DNA from: Camelus dromedarius
Taxonomy: Eukaryota
DNA: 64,000 nt
Assembly (NCBI RefSeq): GCF_036321535.1
Contig: NC_087444.1
Span: 44,082,001 to 44,146,000 of the forward strand
Reading direction: 5' to 3'
Both the position numbers and the translations under genes were made by a program. The notes beneath the pieces were generated by a model. It was not told the DNA's origin. It saw nothing but the letters and a program-made list of their open reading frames with translations, and did no database searches. Every line of letters starts with the position of its first letter. The stretch's first letter is position 1. Below, piece after piece: positions 1-11,460 of this stretch.

Positions 1-613
1 TCCTCAAGGAACTCCTGCTGGGACGTGAGGACAGACCAGTGGAGGGCAAGCCTGGGGAGGCTAAGGCACAGCCAGAAACCAGCCCCCACCCCATTTAAAA
101 GGCCCCTCTGTGCCAGTCCTGCCCTGCCCCCACCTGCCATCTGCCTGGTCCCTGGGGTCCTGGTCCCCCCAGCTGCTGGGTTTGCTCACGTGATGCCCCA
201 TCTGCTGTGAGTCAGAAGGCAGATTGAGGGCCAGTCTTGGTTGGCGTTAGGGTTGCTGAGCCTCCTCTGGTTCTTGGTAGGGCGGCGGCACTGAGAATTG
301 GGGCTGTGTTGTCACATTACCCCCATCCTCTCACCATCCCTGACCCAACTCTTCACTGCATCCCTGACATGGGTGTGGCCCCTACCACTCATGACTCACA
401 GGCAGCTCTTACTGAAGATGAAGTGACCTGAGGTCCAGCTCAGCTGGAGCATAGTCCATGTGGCCCACTTGAGGCCACATGGAGGGCTGTCCCTGCCCTC
501 CCCCTCCCATCTCTGTCATGCTGGGCCCTGCTAGGAAGGCCACCCCACAACGCACAGACCTGGCCACAGCTCTGCCTTCTCTTTTACCGTCTTTCTCCTG
601 GGCTGAGTGGCCA
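1..613 (-). promoter_or_regulatory. Duplicated promoter-like module, copy 1 (AP-1 207-213, E-box 187-192, GC box, TATA-like about 93-100); probable ADGRG1 alternative promoter
   Basis: Direct repeat of 20559..21201; the motif order fits minus-strand transcription. Confidence 0.6.
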
Positions 614-3260
614 ACCCTTCCACCTCTGTCTTCACAGCCATGAAGCTGCCCTCCAAGCAGGAGCCTAGAGCCCCTGAGCCCAGGCCTAGGGCAGCCAGGC
701 CAGCCCTGCCTCACAACCCTGCCCTCCCCATCCAGCTGCAGTGGCAGCCTGGGCACCCAGACCCCAACCCCAACCCCACCCCAACCCTCTGGCTGCAGTA
801 CTACCCAAGACTTCCCATCACCCCTTCCCCTGAGAGCAGATTGGGACCTGCTGGCCTGGCATTCAGGCCACAAAAATGACCCTTGCCAGATCTCCAGTGC
901 CATCACTGCCCCACCCCCCCACCCCTGTTCTCATCATTCCCAAAACTTTTCCCACGTAGTGTCCTCTGCCAGGAATGCTACCTTCCCCCACCCCAATCTC
1001 CATACACGCAAGCCAAACCCGCCTCCCCTCACCACCAGCCTCCATGGCCAGCCTCTATGCCCTCTGCAGAGCCTCTGGGTCCTCCCAGTGGGAGAGTTCT
1101 CTCCTCCTCTTCTAGCAAGCTTATCTCACTCCCCAGCCTCAGATCCTAACTGTCTTGTTTGTTTGTGTCCCTGACCAGATGAGGATGTCCCAGCCATGCT
1201 GACTGGGCCCTGCCCAGTGGCCCAGGGAACAGAAGTGGCAACAACAGTGCAGGCTGCCTAGCATAGCCTCCCCATCCCAGACCACACCTGGAGTGGTGTC
1301 CTTCATGACCTAACACTCTCAGAGCCGAGCCCCAGGACCACGGGAGGCAGGACAGCTATGATCACCCCCATATGCCCACTTAGTACGTGGGCCCAGAGGG
1401 AGAGGCAAGGCAAGGTGGCCATGATGATGCTATGACTGAGGTCCCTGGGGCCCCTGCAGCAAAGGGGGGTCAGGTCTGGCCCCAAGAGCTAGTCCCATCC
1501 CTGGACATGGGCAGTGAAGACCCCATGGGACCTCTGGCAGCCAGCAGTTCTCACTGACTGGAGACGCTTCTTCCTGCTCAGTCTCCAACCCCAAGGAGTC
1601 AGTCCTGAGGAAATCAGCGGCAGTGGGCAGGGCCTTGGTTCTGGGTCTGGACCACCCATGAGTTCTAAAACACCTTATTTGTCTCATTCGCTGCCATGTC
1701 CACCATCCCTAGAACAGTACCAGGCACACCATAGGTGCTGGATAATTATTTATAAGAATAACGTATTTGGCCCTCTATAGCCACAGAGGCTATTCCTCCC
1801 CACGCTACCTAGCTGAGGGCAGAGCAGTTCCAGGCAGGGTGGGAGTGGGGTAGGTAGAGGGGGGCCCTGCCTCAGTTCATGCTCCCCAACCCTCTCAGTC
1901 AAAAAAAAAAACACCAGCCTCCTCCCATGGGGCCATGGGAGACCCCAACTCAGTCCCACAGGAAGGAGGCTGGTTGGGGAGGCAGGGAGGACAAGAACCA
2001 GCAGTTGCCCCAGGTGGGAACTGGCGGTGGGGAGGCCCTATCTGTGCAAGGCAGATGGGGGCCCGGGGTCTGGCAGTTGGCAAGCAGCGAGTCCTCAGCC
2101 TCTGCTTCCCCATCTACTGCCACTGGTTCCCAGGGTGTTCTCTCTAATCCCAGGTCCTCCATGCTCAGACCCTACTTCCAGGACCATCTCCTCCCAAAGG
2201 TGGCCTGGGTGATGAAGAGCCAGACTGTCCCCAGCTCACTGGGAGCCCTGAACGCAGCCCCCAGGTAGCTGCAGGTGAGGGCTGCAAGAGCCCTGTGCCT
2301 AGTCCCCTGCGGCGCCCTCTCCTCCCTGGGGCCAGATCCTGGCTTTCTATCCCCAGACTTGTTCTGTGACCTTGGGGATAAGCCCCCTTCCTCTCACAAC
2401 TTTGGTTCTCCTATCTGTACATGGGAGCAGGAGAGGATGGTTATCTCACTACCCAGAGAGCAGACCCCAGTTTGCTGGGCCCAGTGACTCTATGACTCTG
2501 AGCCTCAGTTTCCCTGGCTAGTGGCTCTGACAAGTTTCATCCTCTGGGGCCCCATCCCCTTCCCAGGCATCTCCCTGTCCATCCACCCCCAACTCTAGAG
2601 ACCCCGCACAGCACTGCTCATGTGGGCTAGCTCCGAACCAGTTACCAAGACTTCAGTTCTCCGGTCTACCACCGCCCCACCCTCTGCCGCACACACCCCC
2701 ATCCCTCCTCCCTCCTGCTCTCATGCCCTCCATCTGGTACCTGGTGACAGTTAGAAGGTCCCGCATGGGGCCAGGCAGCTGAATTGCCTTTCAAGATCCA
2801 CCGCCGAGGCTTAACCTGCCAGCTGTGGTCCCACTGCTGAGGGAGCGCCTGTGGTGTGGAGGCTCCCAGCCCCTCTCCTGCAGCAGGGCAAGGCAGGCAG
2901 CCAGTGTGGAGCCGGGGGAGGTGCCTGAGTGTGTTTTGGTGGGGGGGACACCCCCCTCTGCCCCAGCTGGGCTCCTCCCTCCTCCTAGCTCTGCTGGGGA
3001 TGACGGGACCATACGTGAGTCACGGATTTCTCAGAGGGAGGCTGGGAGGGGGCAGGGCTGAGAGAGCTGAGGCAGGGATACTGGGGGGGATGCCCATGAC
3101 TCAGCGCTGGGCAAGGGGGCACTTCAGCCTCACCCCACATCCAGGCAGACAGGTGCCAAGCTTCATGGATGGATCCTGGTTGGAGATATCTCTGCCTCCT
3201 CGCCTTCCATCTGGCGCTTCCCTAGAGCTGTTCTCCCCAAAGTTCCCGAGAGAGGCCAGG

Positions 3261-3274
3261 GTTGCTATGGCAAC
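3261..3274. promoter_or_regulatory. RFX X-box GTTGCTATGGCAAC, with AP-1 sites at 3016-3022 and 3097-3103
   Basis: Canonical X-box match (GTTNCCATGGNAAC-type); consensus TGA(C/G)TCA sites nearby. Confidence 0.55.
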
Positions 3275-6200
3275 AGGCCGCCCAGATGCTGCCCCCACCC
3301 CCCAGACCCAGGCGACAACTGCCCCTTCCTGAAGGAAAGTCCAGCCTCCTTGGCAGCAGGCAGGAGTCGGCGCTGACAGGCAGAGCGGAAGGCAAGCTGG
3401 GGAAGGGAGGTGTCAAGCAGCCTGGCATGTGGCCAGCCAGGCCATGCACTACTGGCCACCTGACCTTGACTCCTCCCTGAGCCTCATTTAGTCCTCCCAG
3501 CAAAGGGACTCATCTCAATGCTCCCCAAGCACTCATGGTTTCAACATTCCAAGACTCAAGTTCTGGATTCTGAGACCCCCTACGGGTGTCTGGAAATGAC
3601 CTGCCAGTCCAAACCTAGCAGACGTGTGACCTTCTGCCAAAGGGGAAACTGAGGCCCAGGTAAGAAGCCACTGCTGGTGGTTCCAAAAGCTCAAAAAGAG
3701 AAATTTTGAAATAGGCTGACGCCCCTACCCCATTTTCTGGCCACTGGTGTCTATCAGCAGTCCCCTCCCACTGCTAAGGTTCATGGCCACCTTGAGAGTC
3801 AGGAAGCTTCAGATGGCCCAACAGCCTGCCCTGTGGGGTGGGGACTCCCCATCCTCCCTCCAAGGTGAACAAATGATTCCCAAATCACAGATGCTATAAG
3901 GATTTCACAACCTAATTAGGGTAAGTGATGTCGGCAATAATAACAACAGTAATAATAATAATGATTACATTTACTGATCATTTACTACATTCCAGACTCT
4001 TCCCTGGTGCCATTGCTGTTGCACCACAGGAAAATGTGTTGCTCAGAACAGTGCCTGGCACTTAATATGCTTTCAGTCAACATTTGCAGTGAATGTGGTG
4101 ATAAAGAAGAAAGAGAAATGAAGCCCAGAAAAGAGAATTAACTTGCCCAAGGTCACACAGCTGGGAAGGGGCAGAGTTGGGACAGGAGCCCAGGTGGTCT
4201 GGCTCCACAGCTGGCTCTCCTAACCATTCATGAATCCAGCCTTCCCAGGCCTCTGGAGATGGTTCTGGACACAGTGGATGCTCAGGGCACTGAGGTCTGT
4301 TCTCTCTCACAGGGATCTGCATTCTAGAATAGTGGCATGGAAAAGTCACCTAATACAGCATCAATGGAAGCTCTTTAAGGCAGCCTAGGAGGCGAGGGGT
4401 CACTGCAAGTGAAGTCCACCCCTCACCTGCCTGCATAAATCAAGCTTCAGGGAGGAGGAAGGTCAATAAAGCTATACACTGGGGTGCAGGGAGGCCCCCC
4501 AGGCCAGAGCTTTCTCCAGGCAGTCAGCCTGCCATCCAGACTGTGGCCAGTGCCTGGAGCAGGTGGGCTCTGTGGCCACTGGGTCCATGTCTAGTCCACT
4601 GCTCCCTCCCAGGGTCACAGGGGTTATTACCTCATTGATGGGGCAGGAGGGGCTGGCCCATGCTAGAGGCCAAGAAACGAGAGAGCAGAAGTAAGCTTTC
4701 CAAAAAAGGATGGGGAGTCCCTTACATGCCATGTCTTTGGGAAAGCTGCCACCTCCAAGCCTCGGTTTCCCCAAGGTCTGTCCTTCAGGGCAAGGCCAGC
4801 TGGTCACTGGGGCAGCCTCAGCTGTTCCCCAGGGTCCAGGCCAGCTGGACAGCAGTCACTCACCTGACACACACACCACAGAGGGTGCTGGCCAGCAAGG
4901 CACGGGTGGAGGGTCGGCAGCACCACTCTCTCTGCAGTTGGCAGGGGCTCTCCGGGCTGGATGTCCGAGCAAGGAACGCAGAAGCCCAGAACCAGCTGCC
5001 ACTCTGGCCACATACGAAAGGCCTATGGGGTGGCCCAGCCAGGGCAGGAGGTGGCCCGCCAAGCTCTGCCTGCACTCTCATCAGGTTTCTCAGAGACCTA
5101 CTATGTGCTGGGCACTGAGCCAGGTGCCAGGGGGTGGAGAGATCAGCCCGGCTCACATCATGGTGACCCTGGGGAGTCAGTTATTGGCACCATAAAGCCC
5201 CCAGAGGGCTCTGGGAGTCAGAGGAGAGAAACCAAATAAATTATTATTAGTCACAACACTACCTATTGTTAGTACCAACAGGACTGATTATAGCAGCTGA
5301 GTCCATAGGGTTCACTGTGTAAGACGCTCTGCTCTATGTGGGTCCTTCATATTTCATCCTCTCGAACCCGTGTCCCACTCGCATGTCAGAGACATGAAGT
5401 AGCTCAGCCAAGGCCATACAGCTGGTCTGTGGCTGGGCCTCCAGACGTGTGCTGCAAAGGAGACAGAGATGGGGCCACAAGGGAGGTGAGAGGGCACGTA
5501 GTTCCCAGGACACGAGGGAAGACGGGACATCCATGGTACACACAGTGACAGAGGCTTGGGCGAGTGCAAGGACACACTGGGGCTTCTTCCCAGAGGCCTC
5601 ACCCTTCTCCATCTCTAACCCTTCACCAGGGCAGCCTTGCAAACAGTGAAGAGCTGTGCCCACCTGCGGGAAGAGTCACGGGCAAACACTGCCTGCATGG
5701 TGGTGGGTTTTTATTGACAAGAACAGTTCAGGTCCAGGTTTCTCCCCTTGCAAGCTGAGTGGCCTCATAAATCATCGAGCACCACGCCTGGCACACAGTA
5801 GGTGCTCAACAAATGTTGGCCAACATCAGATACCAAAGGCCCAGCACTCAACAGTTTATAAAGGCCTTTCATGTCCATTGTCTCTATAAACAGTGATGAT
5901 TGTTCCTATTTAACAGAGATGGAAACTGAGGCTCAGAGCACTTTTCCAAAGCCTCTCAGCACATCAGTAGCAGAGCCAGGACTCGAATCCAAGTCCTGTG
6001 ACCTGGCCCACATGTTTTGTGGCCCGTGCTCCACGCCACCTCCCTGTTCATTCCCGTGGGAAAGCCTCCTGGCCAAAGGAGTGGGGGCAGCTGCAGTCCC
6101 ATGATAACGCCAACTCCCGTCACAGCCACCCCAGCGCCTGGGGGGATGGCATTGCCCATGTGACTCAGCCGCCCTCACAAAGGGAACTGTGTGCCTTAGG

Positions 6201-9200
6201 CCTGCTTCTCTCACCCACCACCCATCCCCCAGCTGGAGAAGGAGCAGGGAGCCTTACAAACCCAAGACACAGGGATAGCTAGAGACACCATCAGCCATTA
6301 AAATGGGACAAGTCTCATGGAGATTCAAGCCCAGGCTTGGGTGCAAGAGGCTGATGCCTGCTCCAGTTAAGGAATGAAAGGCCAGGCCAACAGAAGGCAG
6401 AGACCGCCCAGGTCCAAGCTGGTTTTCTGAGGCCTTATTTGGTACTCCAAGGACAGACTTAACACCCTTGGACTCCCTCGGGGGTGGAGCCCAGGCAGGT
6501 GCCCTGCCCACATTTACCTGCATCAGGTTTCAAAAGCACTGGGGCTTATGGTCTGGAAAAAGACACCCCCGGATACCAGCCCAGCTCCTGTGTCCACACC
6601 TATCTCCATCACTGACCTCTTTCCACTCTGACCCCCTGAAGGCTTCAGACTCAGAGCATATGTGCCACTATTGAGCTCTTATTGTGTACTCAACTTGAAT
6701 TTTCTCCCACAGTCCTATAGAAGATTTGCTTTCTCCATTTGCTGAAGGAATAGACTGAGGCTCAGAGAGGGAGGGGGCCCAGCCCAAGGTCACACAGGAT
6801 CTGACTTCAAGGCTTGCTTCCTCTCCCAATACCCCCTTCCCAGTTCCAGTGGCATCTTTACCACATGTCAACAAGAAGTGTCCTTGGGCCTGCCCCAGAC
6901 AGGCAGGCACGCAGACAGACATCCCCCACCCTCCACGGTCACCATGCTCCCACCCAGGAACACAACAGAGGTCCTCAGACAAAGTTCAGGCTGGCTGGGC
7001 CTCCAAGGGCCATTCCTGCTGACCTCCCCAGAAGGCAGACATGCCTGGGTGCCCAGCTACCCGAGATAGGAGGTAGACAGGGCAGCCGCCCCCTCTCCTT
7101 AGGCATGACAGAATGTCTGATCTCAGCCCAGCCCCCCAAGTACACTTGGCAGGAGGGTTGGATCCAGCTAGAACAGGCCCGGAAGGTCATTCTGGCCACA
7201 TTCTTGCCTTCCAGCCTTCAGAAGCCTCTGAGCCCAGGGCAAAGGCAGGCCCACCACAGACAAGCTACAAGGCCTCTCCACAACCCCACTGCCATGTTGC
7301 CCGCCTGGGCCACTCTTGCTGTGGGGAAGCAGGTGCAGGGCTGGAAACCCAGAGGCCTAATTTCTTCAGGTAAGACCCTAGCCATCTGTAAGTACCAGGC
7401 GTCCCTTTGCAGCTCAAGGGATTGGAGCCGGTAGGCTGGGTGGTGCCTCACCACTCAGCTTTGGAAGCCAGAAATGCAGCCCTTCCTGGCGACGTGACAT
7501 CCGGGAGAACCCTGAGTGATTTGATCAGAGGCAGCCTTGCCTGGGGAAGACCCAGTGATTGGGAGGCTTCAAACTGCCCCTCAACTCACCTAGACTCCTC
7601 CCAGCATTGCCCCCAAAGTCTTCCAAACAGCACAGCATGGGTCCTGGCATCAAACTATCCAGACCTGAGCTTCTGAGCCTCAGTGTCTGCAGGTGTAAAA
7701 CGGGGACACACAGGCTCATCTGTAGCCAGGGCCTCTGAGTAGGGCAGTAACAGGTGCTGTCACTACCCCAGGCTCTCTTTCAATGCAAATTACCCCCCTT
7801 CGGGGAACAGAAGAGGCTTCTGCCTTCTCTATAGGAGTCTCCCTTCCTGAACAAGAGGGCCCAGACAGGCCATCCCAGCTGCTGCTGATGTCTCCATGGT
7901 TGTACCCCTTCTGTCAGCAGCGCCCCCAGCCCTGGTCTGTGAAGTTTGGGTGTCAGCTGCTCCAATGCACAAGACTTGGGCCAGGTGGCTCTGGTCAAGG
8001 GTGAGGATCGTCACTCCCATGCCAAGGGAGGCAAATGAGGCCCTGAGAGGTTGAGTGACTACCCACAAATTGGCACAGCAGTGGGCAAAGAGAGCAGGAT
8101 TCACTTTGTCTTGGGGTGACAATGTGCCATCTCACTTGACTGCCACAGGCTCCCCAGGGCCCAGTCTCTCAACCTTGACCTCCCCACGCACCCCACTGCC
8201 ACATCGCCCCGCCTCCATACACACACCTACTGAAGCCCAACAGAGAACAATGCGAAGGTGTTGCTGCAGGAGACCCACCTGAGGAGTCGTAAGAGGGTGC
8301 CTCAGTGTCCTTCCCTGGAAACCAGGGCTGCCGTCACTTCTCTTTTGGTAAAATGGTCAGGTGCACTTTGTGGAAAGACCAGCCTCACCCCAGGAGATGC
8401 CCCCAGTGCTTCCCAGAAGCACTGCTTTCCAAACTGTGCCTCTGCCCAGGGACCCCCCCCCCCCCCGGGGCCTCCTCGTAAGTGCTAGGGCACAGATGGC
8501 TCAGGAGGTGTAATGGGGTGAGGATGACAGACACTCATTAGTAGGGGCGGCCTAATTAACAGAGGGAACATGAGGGGCCCATTTGACCACCCACACACCC
8601 CAGGGAGCCGAGTTGGTCGGCAAAGAGCTGGCCAGATGCCAGGCCCCCTCCCAGCTCCAGCCCCCAGCCTCTGTCGCTACCGTGTAGGGCCAGGAGACTA
8701 AGCGTGTGTGGGTGGAGGTGAAGCTGGAAGACTCCAGCTCCCTGCTTTGTTCTCAAACCTCTGTTTCTGCCCACCTCCCTCGAGGCAGACCGCAAAACAG
8801 CCCAGAGAAGGAAAGCCTGGTCGGAGGTCCCACAAGAGGCACTGGCAGGGCTGGCCCTTTCCTCCACGATGGCTCCCTGACCCTGCTGTGTCCTGGGCCA
8901 CCATTTCGGGGTCTCACCACAGAGGCCTGGCCCAGGGCAGGCAAGCGACCATTCGGGGAACAGTTTGACTTTCACCTCCTGCCTCTGGCAGCCAGGGGTT
9001 GGCAGGGGGGAGGGCTGCACTGCTGGGTAGGGGGGCTGGGGAGAGGCGGAAGGACCCTGTCCTGGCCAGAGGGACAGGCATATACCCCCAGGCTTGGGCC
9101 CTGTCCCCACTCACCTGGGGAGACTGCCCTCATCCTCATCAAAAGTTAAACAACCTGAGCCAACCAGCTCCTAAACCAGTTTCCCATGGGATCCCTGGAA

Positions 9201-9611
9201 ACAGGCTCTAGGCACCGGGAGAGGAAGCCAGCAGAGACACTGGCTGCAGGCCTCCTGCCTCCCCATCTAAACACCCAGGTTTGCAGGCTCCCCTTGACCC
9301 CCAGCCCTCCAGTCTCTTCATCTGAGCACAGGGAACACACCTCACACCCTGCTGGCTTCCCTGTGCCAAGATGGCCACCACATAAGCACAGCCAGCCCAC
9401 ACTCAGAGTGGCCGGGGGTAAACCCAGGATAGCCAGAGCCTCCTGATTTGGATCAGCCCAAAACCCTGAGCAGGCCAAGGGCCAGGCCTCATACATGCCT
9501 TCAGGCAAGGAACTAGACCTGGGGGTCGGCCAAGGTCAAGTGGGCCAGGCTGGGAGCCACACTCTCCCACCTTTCCCACCCCGTCCCCCACCCCGAACAG
9601 CAGATTCTTAC

Positions 9612-9746
9612 CTCAGGTCTGGGCAGGCCCCTGGCTGGACTCTGCCTAGGCTGCCTCCTCCCCTTTCACCTCCTCCAGGGATCACAGGCACCCAGCCTGA
9701 GCTTGTCTGGGCAGGAGGCCCCAGGTGTGGCTCCGCCTGCCTGTCC
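9612..9746 (-). other. ADGRG1: ADGRG1/GPR56 alternative non-coding first exon
   Basis: Minus strand CAGGCGGAGCCACACCTGGGGCC...CCCAGACAAGCTCAGGCTGGGTGCCTGTG...GGAGGAGGTGAAAGGGGAGGAG...CCTGCCCAGACCTGAG closely matches my recollection of the human GPR56 mRNA 5' end. Donor GAG|GTAAGA; ETS site CCGGAAAT at 9760..9753. Confidence 0.75.
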
Positions 9747-10934
9747 TGCCCCATTTCCGGCTGGCCCCATGGCTGTGCTGCCGCCTCCCTCTCTCATTCC
9801 TGAGTTTCCCTGCAGGGGCTGACCTGATCCCTTGGGTGCTGAGTGTCCCCCCCACCTCACCTCAGCCCTTAATGGGCTTTCAGCACCTCTACACAGGGAC
9901 AGTGGGCGGCTGGCCCACCCATGGACCCTGGATGAGCTGGGGGAGTCGCTGAATGTCTCTGAGCCTCAGCGCCCCCCTCCCCAGGGCTGTTGGGAGTTGC
10001 TGCCCCGAACCCCATGCATAATTACCAATTCTGCGAGTGAGCGCTGCCTCCTCTCTGAGCTCATGCCCCACCTAAAGCCTGGGTCCAGATTCACCTGCTT
10101 GTAATAAAAACAAGCCAAGAGCCAGCAGCTGGCTGGAGGCAAAAGGCGAAGTCGGGGTGCAGGGGAATGGGGCGAACATGGTCCCCACTCTCAGAACATC
10201 CAGCCTCCTGTAAGACATAAAAGGGGAGCTGACACAGACAAAGGGTTGGGGCAGGGATAGGAGCTTCCTCCTAGGAAGGGATTAGGGGCCGCTGCCCCAG
10301 GTATCCTGGGGGTACAGAGGAGAGTGGTCCAGTCAGGCTCTGCTTCACCTGCGAGGCCCCCACGGAGGCTCGGGGCACAAACATCCCAGCCTCCTCCTGG
10401 ACCACTCTCCCCCAACCCTGCCTTCATGGCCCCTGGGCCACACTTCAGACCTCACCTGAAACCAGCCGTTCTCAGGGGGAGCCTTTCAGAGTTCTCACAC
10501 TAGGCATCCACTCCCTCAGGTGGCTCTGGTTCCCACTCCCACCCCCAATATCCACAATATTGAGAACTGGGCTACCACCTCCTCCAAGAAGCCATCCAGA
10601 CAGTTGTTGATTCATTTGACAAAGTCTGTGTGAGGAGCCGCTGTGGGCCAGCCCCAAGCGAGGCACTGAGTGTACAGACATGTGCCTTGGGAGCCTTCCC
10701 TCATTTCCTCATTGGACTGTGTCTCCCATGGCCCTCTGGGGTCCCCCTCACCTGGGGCCCATCTCCCAGTGTCAGAATCATTTCTTTCCTTGTCTGTGTG
10801 TCCTGCCAGATCACCAAACACAAGTCCCAGCAGAGGGACTGGTGTAGGAAAATTCTGGGTGACCAGTGGGTGAAGGAGAAAAAGTAGGGATGAGAAATAG
10901 ATGATGGATGGATGGAAGGCTAGACAGGTGGACA

Positions 10935-11460
10935 GATTCAGTCATGCATTTAGGGCCTACTGTGTACCAGGCACTCACCTAGGCACTGGGGACACAGCAG
11001 TGAACAGAACACAAAAATCTCTGCCTTCTTAGAGCTGGAGGAGACACATAATAAATCAATAAGTATATAAATAGGAAATACATCCAGTGGTAAGAACTAT
11101 GGGGCAAAATAAAACAAAGGGAGGGGAAAGAGAATGATGGAGGAGGGAGGGTTGGCTTAGATTTTCTCTGAGAAGGTTGACACTTGACACAGTCTAAATG
11201 TGATAAGGGAGGTAGACTTTATGATGTCTGGAGAGCATTCTGTGTAGCAAGAACAGCACACACAAAGGCCCTGTGGTAGGTGGCTGCTTGGTGTGTTTAA
11301 GGAACAGCCCAGCATGGCTGAATGAAGGAATCGAGGTAGAGATGAGCCCAGGGAGAAGAAGGAAGGATGGATGGACAGATGGACACATGGGAACAAGGGT
11401 GGATTCAGGTCTGGTGAAGTGTTGGAGAGCTCCAGTCCCCTGCAGAAGGATCTAACTGTT
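10935..11460 (-). mobile_element. L2 fragment
   Basis: attcagtcatgcattt...cctactgtgtaccaggcac...ggggacacagcagtgaac is the reverse complement of the L2 3' end. Confidence 0.75.

Noticed and set aside
3261-3274. X-box as the GPR56 e1m polymicrogyria element itself
   Set aside because: No 15-bp tandem repeat here, and recalled human spacing puts e1m roughly 10 kb beyond the left edge of the window.
6814-7434. 206-aa ORF and similar chance ORFs across 1-21 kb
   Set aside because: No recognisable domains; some overlap MIR/L2 remnants; expected by chance at this GC content.
8454-8470. Long C homopolymer
   Set aside because: Isolated homopolymer with no associated structure; its length is unreliable in assemblies.
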